Origin: an uncultured Eubacteriales bacterium
Lineage (GTDB): Bacteria; Bacillota; Clostridia; Christensenellales; Aristaeellaceae
Direction: 5' to 3'
Assembly: GCA_902798105.1 (NCBI GenBank)
Contig: CADBVG010000015.1
Coordinates: 4,916-68,915 of the forward strand
DNA length: 64,000 nucleotides
The notes beneath the pieces are model-generated. The model was given only the letters and a program-made list of their open reading frames with translations, was not told the DNA's origin and ran no database searches. The translations under genes were made by a program, and so were the position numbers. Every line of letters begins with the position of its first letter. Positions within the stretch are counted from its first letter, which is position 1. This document shows positions 1-7,156 of the stretch, one piece after another.

Positions 1-313
1 TGGCGGTGACATACAGCTGGAAGCTGCCGTTTTGAGGATAGATCGACGCCGATGCCCGCACCGTCACACGCATGCCGTCGGCGGGCTGGAAATCCAGTCC
101 CAGGGCGTGCTGGCGAAACATCACGCACTGCACCCTGGCGTTTTCATCCTTCAGGGAGAAGTAGCGATGGCCGCTGTAGTGATGCTTGTAGCCTGAAATC
201 TCGCCGCTGACCTCCAGTGACCGCAGCAATGGATCCCCGGCCAGCAGCTTCCGGGCGTATTCGTTCAATTCGGAGACGCTCAGCGTCCCCGTGCCGTATG
301 TCTGGCCGTTCAT
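1..313 (-). CDS. xseA: Exodeoxyribonuclease VII large subunit, N-terminal fragment (gene runs off the left edge)
   Basis: Reverse translation from ATG at 313-311 reads MNGQTYGTGTLSVSELNEYARKLLAGDPLLRSLEVSGEISGYKHHYSGHRYFSLKDENARVQCVMFRQ..., a typical XseA OB-fold N-terminus. ATGA start/stop overlap with nusB. The nusB-xseA neighbourhood is common in Firmicutes. Absent from the ORF track because it is open-ended. Confidence 0.8.
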   Translation of the reverse strand, partial: MNGQTYGTGTLSVSELNEYARKLLAGDPLLRSLEVSGEISGYKHHYSGHRYFSLKDENARVQCVMFRQHALGLDFQPADGMRVTVRASASIYPQNGSFQLYVTA

Positions 314-732
314 GCCCCGTCCCGGGCGCTCCCGTCCTCGTCCAGGGCGCGCCCCAGGTTGCCCAGTACGCCGTTGACGAAACCGCCGGCCTTGTCCGTG
401 GAATACTGGTTGGCCAGCTCTACGGCTTCGTTGATCACCACGCCCCTGGGCGTCTCGCCCAGCATCAGCTCGTAGGCCGCCAGGCGCAGTATCGCCAGAT
501 CCACGCGGGTCACCCGGTCGATCGACCAGCCCTTCAAAAACGGCGTCAGCTTTTCGTCGATGGCGGCGACGTTGGCCACGACGCCTTCAAACATGCGGTT
601 CATGAAGTCGGCCTCCCGTTCGTTGGGCTTGACCTCCAACAGGTTCAGGCGCGTTTCCTCGCCGCCATCGCCGCCCATCTCCCATTCGTAGATCAGCTTC
701 ATGGCCTGGGCCCGGGCCATCGTTCTATCCAT
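310..732 (-). CDS. nusB: Transcription antitermination factor NusB
   Basis: ORF 310..819 trimmed to an internal ATG (MDRTMARAQAMKLIYEWEMGG...). NusB-like core LAILRLAAYELMLGETPRGVVINEAVELANQY. Confidence 0.9.
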   Translation of the reverse strand: MDRTMARAQAMKLIYEWEMGGDGGEETRLNLLEVKPNEREADFMNRMFEGVVANVAAIDEKLTPFLKGWSIDRVTRVDLAILRLAAYELMLGETPRGVVINEAVELANQYSTDKAGGFVNGVLGNLGRALDEDGSARDGA

Positions 733-850
733 AACAAATACCTGCCTTTTCGCGAAAGTATTGAAAAGCAACGCTTCAAAGCGCAACTGTTGCGGTGGCA
801 CTTGCATGTGCCGCCGCAACAGGGTTCATTCATTGATTAATCGGTCGACG

Positions 851-1747
851 TCATTCTTCGGGCTCAGTGTCTTCCGGGGCTTCAACATCTCCACCGTTCT
901 CCCGGGCCTTCATCGCGGCATAATCCTTGGCAAACTCGGATTCGTAGGGCTTGTCCGGGTCATAGGCGGGCGTCTGCGTCTCGGCAAAAGCTTCCGTTTT
1001 GGCTGTATCCTCGGCCTCTGCGGTCGTCTCCGCCGCCGGTGCGCTCTCCCATGTTCTGGTAGCGGGTTCCGCTACAGGCGCGTCGTCCATGGAAACCGGC
1101 TCCGGCTCGGTATCGTAGCCGGATGCGCTCGCCTGGGGCGCATAGGTCGGTGTGGCCATGTCCGCCTGGGGCTTGTTGCGTCCCAGCATGTGGCGGGAGG
1201 CGTCGGCCTTGCCGTTGACGGCGTCGATGGTGACCGTCACCGATTGCACCGCGACCCCGCAGCTGTCCTCCACAAACTGGGTGATGGCGCGCCGCATGTT
1301 GGCCGTGAGGGTGGGCACATGGGCGCCGTTCGCAATGGTCGCGGTAATGCCTATGATGATGGCTTCATCCGCGCCTTCGATATCCATCTTCATATCAGAG
1401 ATGCCGTCGATGCTCCGCACCGACTGGCGCACCATCTGCTCCACGGCGGAAACGGCAATGCGCACCCTGCCCTTTTCATCAGAGCCCACGGTGATGAAAC
1501 CCTGTTCTTCACGCCGCCTTCTGCGGATCAGCCGCAGCAGCACGGCCACCGACAGCGCCACATACAGCGCCAGCAGTACCGCGCCCAGTACACGGGCGCC
1601 CACGCTGCCCAAGGAGCTCTCGGCCCTTGCGATCAGGTCGCCCCGCAGGTCCGGCACAATGATGCACAGCGCGAAGGCCACGCAGATCATCAGGGAACAC
1701 AGCCAGTGAAGCAGCATCAGTATCTTATTGCCCAAATTCAGTCTCAT
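851..1747 (-). CDS. AmaP-like alkaline-shock membrane anchor protein (Asp23-related domain)
   Basis: ORF 851..1753 (GTG), with an ATG at 1747. N-terminal TM helices, then an Asp23-like segment (RVRIAVSAVEQMVRQSVRSIDGISDMKMDIEG...) and a long acidic/Pro-rich tail. Lies directly downstream of asp23, as in asp23-amaP operons. Confidence 0.65.
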   Translation of the reverse strand: MRLNLGNKILMLLHWLCSLMICVAFALCIIVPDLRGDLIARAESSLGSVGARVLGAVLLALYVALSVAVLLRLIRRRRREEQGFITVGSDEKGRVRIAVSAVEQMVRQSVRSIDGISDMKMDIEGADEAIIIGITATIANGAHVPTLTANMRRAITQFVEDSCGVAVQSVTVTIDAVNGKADASRHMLGRNKPQADMATPTYAPQASASGYDTEPEPVSMDDAPVAEPATRTWESAPAAETTAEAEDTAKTEAFAETQTPAYDPDKPYESEFAKDYAAMKARENGGDVEAPEDTEPEE

Positions 1748-1815
1748 ACGCACCTCATTCCACCGCGGCCCGCATCAGGCTTGGACGCGCGGTTTTCTCC
1801 ACTGTTCTTTTTCTG

Positions 1816-2487
1816 TTACGCTTCGTCTTTCCCGGAATCATAGGCGTCGAAGGCGTCTTCGGCCACTTCCTCGGACTCGGGCGCCTCGGCGTCCTCCTCG
1901 GCGTCGTCCTCCGCGTCCTCGTCCAGTCCGTCCTCCGCTTCGGCCTGCGCTTCAACGGCCTCGGTCTCATCGGCCAACACCTCATCGGCCTCGTCGGCAT
2001 CCCCGAGCGCCGCCTCCGGGGCTTCCGCTGCGGGCACAGCCTCGACCTCCACGGTCTTCTCCAGCATCTTGCGGTGCTGCTCGTCCAGTTCGGCGTTGGC
2101 GCGCTGCTCGCGCTCGAAGCTGATGCCGGTCACGTGAACGTCCACGTTCTTCACGTCCAGGCCGCTCATGGTCTCGATGGCCTTCTTGACATTCTCCTGG
2201 ATGTTCTTGGCCACGTCGGGGATGGGCGAGCCGTAGTCCACGGTGATGGTCACATCCACGGAAACCCTGTTGTCCTCCAAATCTATGCGAACGCCCTTGG
2301 TCAGGTTGCGGTTGCTCTTGCGGGAAAACATGTCTGCCAGGCCCGAAGAAGGAGAGATCATGCTGGCGACGCCGTCGACCTCGGTGGCCGCGAGACCGGC
2401 GATAGTGGCGACGACTTCCGTGGCGAAGGAAACCGTGCCGTTGGGATTCTCATTCAGCTTGACATCGGAAGGATAATTATCGCTCAT
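1816..2487 (-). CDS. Asp23/Gls24 family envelope stress protein with acidic C-terminal extension
   Basis: MSDNYPSDVKLNENPNGTVSFATEVVATIAGLAATEVDGVASM...VSVDVTITVDYGSPIPDVAKNIQENVKKAIETMSGL is the Asp23 fold. AAGGAGG RBS upstream. Confidence 0.9.
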   Translation of the reverse strand: MSDNYPSDVKLNENPNGTVSFATEVVATIAGLAATEVDGVASMISPSSGLADMFSRKSNRNLTKGVRIDLEDNRVSVDVTITVDYGSPIPDVAKNIQENVKKAIETMSGLDVKNVDVHVTGISFEREQRANAELDEQHRKMLEKTVEVEAVPAAEAPEAALGDADEADEVLADETEAVEAQAEAEDGLDEDAEDDAEEDAEAPESEEVAEDAFDAYDSGKDEA

Positions 2488-2513
2488 ATGGCATACCTCC
2501 TTATACAGAATCC

Positions 2514-2542
2514 ATTATAGCAGAAAACGCGCCGCCGCGCAA
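2514..2542 (-). promoter_or_regulatory. Sigma-A type promoter for asp23
   Basis: Minus-sense TTGCGC, 17 nt, TGcTATAAT (extended -10), about 25 nt upstream of the asp23 start. Confidence 0.5.
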
Positions 2543-2552
2543 ATACTTTCCG

Positions 2553-3038
2553 TTATTTTACCGGAATGATTTTCACATTCCCACCCGTCATGCCCGTTTC
2601 CCGCATGACCAGGTCCAGTATGACGGCGCTCTGGGCGCGGGTCACGCCATCCCCGCGGATGAGCACGTTTGCCGCCGCGTCGCTGACGCTGACGAGGGCG
2701 TCCTCAAAGCCCCGGCTGTGCAACACGCCCTCGATGGCGCTCTCCGCACGGGCGTGCTCCAGCATATCCAGCAGCTGCCGCCGGGCCCGGGCCGCGGTCT
2801 CCCCATCGACATCAGGGGCGTGGATGATATCATTCAGTTCAGCCTCCTGCCGGGCGCGAAGCTCTTCCCGCTCCAGACGGAAGGCCGCCATCGGATCGCT
2901 CCTGACCGGACTGTAAACCGGGGCGCTGCCCGCCCGGTTCGCCTGCCTGAGCACCAGCGTCCTCGTGAGAAGCGCGTCCGCCGCCAGCAGTGCCGCCAGC
3001 GCCAACAGGCCCAGGCCCCACTTTGTCGCCCTTTTCAT
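2553..3038 (-). CDS. spoIIIAH: Stage III sporulation protein AH
   Basis: N-terminal TM plus a SpoIIIAH-like C-domain (AESAIEGVLHSRGFEDALVSVSDAAANVLIRGDGVTRAQSAVILDLVMRETGM). Last gene of a contiguous spoIIIA string. Confidence 0.75.
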   Translation of the reverse strand: MKRATKWGLGLLALAALLAADALLTRTLVLRQANRAGSAPVYSPVRSDPMAAFRLEREELRARQEAELNDIIHAPDVDGETAARARRQLLDMLEHARAESAIEGVLHSRGFEDALVSVSDAAANVLIRGDGVTRAQSAVILDLVMRETGMTGGNVKIIPVK

Positions 3039-3394
3039 AGTCCACCTCCAAAGGCTTCGCCGCCGATGATCTCGATATGTTCCGGCGCAACGTCCAGCAA
3101 GGCCGACACCGCCCGCTGCAGGCGCAGGTAGGTCTTCATGTCAGACAGGCCTTCCGACACGATCAGCACGCCCGTCACGGCGCCGTCCTCCCCCTGGGTG
3201 ATCATGGCGCTGACCCTGCCCGCGCCTTCGATGCGCTGCAATATCCGCTCCACCCGCAATTCCAGCGGGGTGCCTGTCTCGCCGCCCCCGCCGTGGTTGA
3301 GCAGCAGCAGCGCCAGCAGCGCCGCCAGCGCCAGGGCGGCAAACCACTCGAACCGGCGCGCGCCGCGGAACCCGTCCAATAGCCGCTTCACCAT
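3035..3394 (-). CDS. spoIIIAG: Stage III sporulation protein AG (compact form)
   Basis: TM helix plus a short ring-building-motif-like domain (LELRVERILQRIEGAGRVSAMITQGEDGAVTGVLIVSEGLSDMKTYLRLQRAVSALL). ATGA overlap with spoIIIAH. Position in the operon fits. Confidence 0.75.
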   Translation of the reverse strand: MVKRLLDGFRGARRFEWFAALALAALLALLLLNHGGGGETGTPLELRVERILQRIEGAGRVSAMITQGEDGAVTGVLIVSEGLSDMKTYLRLQRAVSALLDVAPEHIEIIGGEAFGGGL

Positions 3395-3422
3395 AGGGTG
3401 CCATTCCTCTGAATACTTTCTC

Positions 3423-3593
3423 TTAGAACAGCCTGACGGCCATGCGCAGGGCGCACAGCGTCGCCGCCAGCGCGCAGAGGGACCGGAAGGGCTTCGCCGC
3501 GGAACCCGATCCGTTCAACAGTTCCATCGCCGCCACAGCCACGCAGATGCCAAACAGCCCCCGGGCGGCCTCTGCCAGCGCCTGCATGTCCAT
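3423..3593 (-). CDS. spoIIIAF: SpoIIIAF-like 56-aa membrane stub (below the ORF-track length cutoff)
   Basis: My translation: MDMQALAEAARGLFGICVAVAAMELLNGSGSAAKPFRSLCALAATLCALRMAVRLF*. Two hydrophobic helices. The ELLNGSGSAAKPFRSL stretch resembles the loop between the two N-terminal TM helices of SpoIIIAF. The ORF fills the only gap between spoIIIAE and spoIIIAG. GGAGGG lies 6 nt upstream of the ATG. Confidence 0.45.
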   Translation of the reverse strand: MDMQALAEAARGLFGICVAVAAMELLNGSGSAAKPFRSLCALAATLCALRMAVRLF

Positions 3594-3609
3594 ACGTCGC
3601 CCTCCGCCC

Positions 3610-4704
3610 TCAGAAGCCCAGAAGTCCCAACCCCGCTCCGAGCAATAGCGCCACCAGCAGCACGCTGCCCGCGTACAGCGCCAGCAGCAACCCGGCGATC
3701 TCGCCGTAGCCGGCGGCGATACGGGTGATGCCCGGGTCCGCCACCGGCTCGATGAGGGCCGAGGCCAGCTTCAAAGACAGCATGTGCGCCCCCAATTGCA
3801 GCGCGGGACCCACGGCGGTTGCGAGCAATATCAGCATCCCCGCCACGCCGACCGCGTTGCGCACCGCCAGCGCGGTTTCCACCAGCGCCCCCGAGGAATC
3901 TGCCACCGATCCGCCGATGAATGGAATCAGCCCCCGAAGCGCCTGGCGCACTGCCTGGGTCGAAGCGCCGTCCCGGGTCGCTGCCAGACGCCCCTGCAGG
4001 GCCATCATGCCCACGAACGCGGCGATCAGCATGCCCACGCTCCATGTAAGCATCCTGCACAGCAGCCGAAACAGCCTGTGCAGCCTGAATCGGTCTGAGA
4101 GGCTGCCTCCGGCGGCGACGATGGCGGCGATGCCGGACAGCGGCAAGCCCCAGGCGAGCAGCGCGTTTTCGATACCGTCGGCGCAGATGGCGGACAGCGG
4201 CGTCAGCGTCGCCGCCGAAGCCGCCCTGCCCGTCAGCGCCAGCGCCGCGGCGACCACCGGCGCGGCGGTATTGGCAATCCGGACCGCAACAGCCATGCCC
4301 TGCCGCGCAACCGCCAGCGCCCCGGCATATTGCCGCGCAAGGCTGTAGACGGTCGCCAGCCGGCACAGCAGCGTCAGCGGCCCGCTGTCCGCGCCGAGAA
4401 CCATTCCCAGCGCCAGCGTCACCAGCACCGGAACGACCAGCGCCGACAGCGCCGGAAGCAGGGCCTTCCTGACCGATTCAGACATCCGCCGGAGGGCCTG
4501 GGCAGGGATATCCCTGCTAACCGGCAGCTTCCCAGACAGCACCATTCCGGCAATCTCACGGACGTCCGGCCCATCCAATGCCTCTGAGAGCGCCTCCAGT
4601 TCTGTAAAACCGGTCCTGTCCAGCAACCCCCCGGCGGGTTCCCAGGCCAGCGCCCCGGGCGTCAGCAGCATGAGCAGCGTCGCCAGCAGGAGCAGCCGTT
4701 TCAT
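3610..4704 (-). CDS. spoIIIAE: Stage III sporulation protein AE
   Basis: ORF 3610..4827 trimmed to MKRLLLLATLLMLLTPGALA (signal-like). Polytopic SpoIIIAE pattern. ATGA overlap with spoIIIAD. Confidence 0.9.
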   Translation of the reverse strand: MKRLLLLATLLMLLTPGALAWEPAGGLLDRTGFTELEALSEALDGPDVREIAGMVLSGKLPVSRDIPAQALRRMSESVRKALLPALSALVVPVLVTLALGMVLGADSGPLTLLCRLATVYSLARQYAGALAVARQGMAVAVRIANTAAPVVAAALALTGRAASAATLTPLSAICADGIENALLAWGLPLSGIAAIVAAGGSLSDRFRLHRLFRLLCRMLTWSVGMLIAAFVGMMALQGRLAATRDGASTQAVRQALRGLIPFIGGSVADSSGALVETALAVRNAVGVAGMLILLATAVGPALQLGAHMLSLKLASALIEPVADPGITRIAAGYGEIAGLLLALYAGSVLLVALLLGAGLGLLGF

Positions 4705-5084
4705 GTCAGCGCGTCGGTGACCAGGCTCGTGATTTGTAAGAGCATCGGCGCGCACAGCCCCAGTGTCGCCAGACGGGCAGCCAGGGCGATTCGCCCTGCC
4801 AGCGCCCGCTCCCCAGCGTCCGCGCACAGCTGGGTTCCCAGCTCGGACACGATGGCGATGCCCGCCCCCTTCAGGATCACGGCTGCCACGTCATCGTCCT
4901 GGCCCAGCAGCAGCCTGAAGCCCTTCAGCAGCGACCCGGCTCCGGTCATCTGGGACCAGGCCATGGCCAGCGCCGCGAGTCCCCCCGCCAGCGACACCGC
5001 CGTGGCCAATTCTGGTCGCTGCACGCGCAAGGCGGCGCAGATCATCGCCACCGCGATGCACAGCGCCGTGATTTTCAATATCAC
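4701..5084 (-). CDS. spoIIIAD: Stage III sporulation protein AD
   Basis: 127 aa, about 4 TM. MILKITALCIAVAMICAALRVQRPELATAVSLAGG... fits SpoIIIAD in size, sequence style and operon position. Confidence 0.9.
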   Translation of the reverse strand: MILKITALCIAVAMICAALRVQRPELATAVSLAGGLAALAMAWSQMTGAGSLLKGFRLLLGQDDDVAAVILKGAGIAIVSELGTQLCADAGERALAGRIALAARLATLGLCAPMLLQITSLVTDALT

Positions 5085-5101
5085 AGGCCAGACCTCCCTT
5101 A

Positions 5102-5179
5102 AAGATCCTTCGACTTCGCTTCGCTCCGCTCAGGATGACACGTATCGCGCTGCCGTTTTTGAGCGAAGCGAAGAATCCT
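5102..5179. repeat. Family B hairpin repeat, copy 1 (inside the spoIIIAC-spoIIIAD spacer)
   Basis: AAGATCCTTCGacttcGCTTCGCTCCGCTCAGGATGACACG...GAGCGAAGCGAAGAATCCT. The arms CTTCGCTTCGCTC/GAGCGAAGCGAAG pair over 13 bp. Shares AAGATCCTTCG..CTCCGCTCAG[G/T]ATGACACG with 19720-19787. Confidence 0.85.
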
Positions 5180-5218
5180 ATGCTTGAAACGCGCCCAGCT
5201 TTGCCGCTGTAGCGTCGT

Positions 5219-5419
5219 TCATATCTGTAACAGGCTTCGGATGCTGGTGAAGAAATCCGAGATCATGCCCACCACCATCATCAGCACCACCACCAGCCCC
5301 GATAGCGTGGCCAGCAGGGCGATATCGTCCCGCCCCGCCCGGGTCAACAGCTGGGAAATGACCGTGACAATGATGCCGATACCCGCGATGCGAAACACAA
5401 AATCGATGTCCATATCCAC
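5219..5419 (-). CDS. spoIIIAC: Stage III sporulation protein AC
   Basis: 66 aa, 2 TM. MDMDIDFVFRIAGIGIIVTVISQLLTRAGRDDIALL... is typical of SpoIIIAC. Confidence 0.9.
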   Translation of the reverse strand: MDMDIDFVFRIAGIGIIVTVISQLLTRAGRDDIALLATLSGLVVVLMMVVGMISDFFTSIRSLLQI

Positions 5420-5422
5420 ACC

Positions 5423-5962
5423 TCATATCACGATCAGGGCGAGCATCAGCCCGACCAGGAACCCCAGGGAGACATAGAGCCTGTCCGCCTCCCCCGCCTT
5501 CTTCAGCGCGCCGTCGCGAAGGCGGCCCACCGTCTCCAGCGTCGCGCCCAGCAGCGCCTCCTGCTCCTCCCGGCCGCTTTGGCCCAGCTGCGCGAACAGC
5601 ACGTCCAGTGCCTCGAGATCGTCCGCCGCCAGCGCGTCCGCCGGTCCGCCCCGGCGCGTGACGCTTCCCCGCACCGCCTGCCATGCCTCTGCGGCGCTGC
5701 GCCCCTCTCGCATGCCCTCCGCGACCCGCTTCATCAGGGGGCAGCCGGCGCTTTCCAGCGCGCGCTGCACGGGCTGGAGCATCCCGGTCATGTGGATGCG
5801 CAGGGTTTGCAGGTGCTCCGCCAGCGCGCAGAGCACCCGATACCGCCTTCGCGCGGCGTCCGCCGCCGCCTTGCCGCAGAGCGTACTGCCCAGCACCACA
5901 CAGGCCGCCAGCGCTATGCGCGTCTCCAGGCTGCCACCCCCTCTCCCCGCTCCCTGTGCCAA
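5423..5962 (-). CDS. spoIIIAB: Stage III sporulation protein AB
   Basis: Soluble helical domain plus a C-terminal TM (LYVSLGFLVGLMLALIVI), at the operon position between AA and AC. The start is uncertain: the listed ATG overlaps spoIIIAA by 49 nt. Confidence 0.8.
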   Translation of the reverse strand: MAQGAGRGGGSLETRIALAACVVLGSTLCGKAAADAARRRYRVLCALAEHLQTLRIHMTGMLQPVQRALESAGCPLMKRVAEGMREGRSAAEAWQAVRGSVTRRGGPADALAADDLEALDVLFAQLGQSGREEQEALLGATLETVGRLRDGALKKAGEADRLYVSLGFLVGLMLALIVI

Positions 5963-6813
5963 ACGCCCTGCACCAGGCCCGGACAGGGGCCCAACAGCAC
6001 GACGGCCTCCACGATGCCCCCGTCCAGCACGGAGCGCAGGTTGGGCCGGGACAGCGCCGCCTCCAGCCCATGGGCATGGGCGGAGGCCACGATTCCCGCC
6101 CCACAGCGCACGGCATCAGCCAGGGCCCGGGCATCGTCTTCACTGCCGATCTCATCCGCCACGATCACCTGGGGCGCCATTCCCCGGATCATCCGGGCGA
6201 TGGCCTGTGCCTTGGGACAGCCGTCCATCACATCCGTGCGCAAACCCACGTCCAGCGTTGGCACGCCCATGTGACAGGCGGCCAGCTCGTGCCGCTCGTC
6301 GGCAATGCTCACGCACATGCCCCCGTCGGAGAGCTGCCGGGCAACGTCCCGCAACATCGTGGTCTTGCCCATGCCCGGCGGCGACAGCAGCAGTACGGAG
6401 CGCAGCCTTCCATCCGATGGCAGAATAAATGGAAGAATCCCGTCCGCGCACCCCGCCACCGGCCTGGCCACACGCACACAGGCCGAGCCGATGCCGGTCA
6501 TCCGGACGCGTTCCCCCTCCCCCACCATCCTGCCGCATACACCCACCCGGCTGCCGTCGTCCAGTGTAAAATAGCCCCGGTCCAGCTCCTCCTGTCGGGC
6601 ATAGACGCTGTACTCCATCAGCGCCGCCAGTATCCCGCCCAGCGCGTCCTGTTCCAGCGGCGCGTCGGACAGCGCATTGCCGCCACGGTCCGTATCCACT
6701 TGCACCGGCCTGCCCGCCCGCAGCCGGACCTGGGTCACCGCAGCGCCATGCCTTGCCAGCAGCACGGCCGCATCCGGAGGCAGCAGCGCCTTCAGCCTGT
6801 CCAAAGCCCCCAT
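5914..6813 (-). CDS. spoIIIAA: Stage III sporulation protein AA (AAA+/secretion-type ATPase)
   Basis: Walker A SPPGMGKTTMLRD and Walker B VIVADEIG. ORF 5914..6939 trimmed to MGALDRLKALLP, with GGAGG 7 nt upstream. Confidence 0.9.
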   Translation of the reverse strand: MGALDRLKALLPPDAAVLLARHGAAVTQVRLRAGRPVQVDTDRGGNALSDAPLEQDALGGILAALMEYSVYARQEELDRGYFTLDDGSRVGVCGRMVGEGERVRMTGIGSACVRVARPVAGCADGILPFILPSDGRLRSVLLLSPPGMGKTTMLRDVARQLSDGGMCVSIADERHELAACHMGVPTLDVGLRTDVMDGCPKAQAIARMIRGMAPQVIVADEIGSEDDARALADAVRCGAGIVASAHAHGLEAALSRPNLRSVLDGGIVEAVVLLGPCPGLVQGVWHRERGEGVAAWRRA

Positions 6814-7156
6814 CAACCCGCCTCCGTTCAATGATAATCCTATGGCGGAAAGGGGCGGCTCATGCCTCAAAGCCCCAAATCCCCACAGCCGCGACATATC
6901 ACGGTCACAACGTCGAATCACGAAAATGTTACGGCGCAAGCAGGGGCGTCAATACTTTTGTAATTCCGCGAAGTATCCCTGCGCGAAATATCCTTTTAAT
7001 TGACATTTTCATTAAATTGTGCCACAATAATGGAAGCGGCGCGTCACAGGACGGGTCTGCATATCGCGCTTACAAAATTATAGCGTTTCGGGTCCCTCGG
7101 GAACCGCGGGGCTTCGGGGCGCGTCTAAGCACTACCATCATCAGGAGGACAGGACC

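Noticed and set aside
5178-6834. Several 200-380 aa ORFs in other frames across spoIIIAA/AB (e.g. 5178..6155 minus, 5683..6834 plus)
   Set aside because: They overlap the Walker-motif-bearing spoIIIAA frame and translate to Arg/Pro/Gly/Ala-rich sequence. These are GC-content artefacts.
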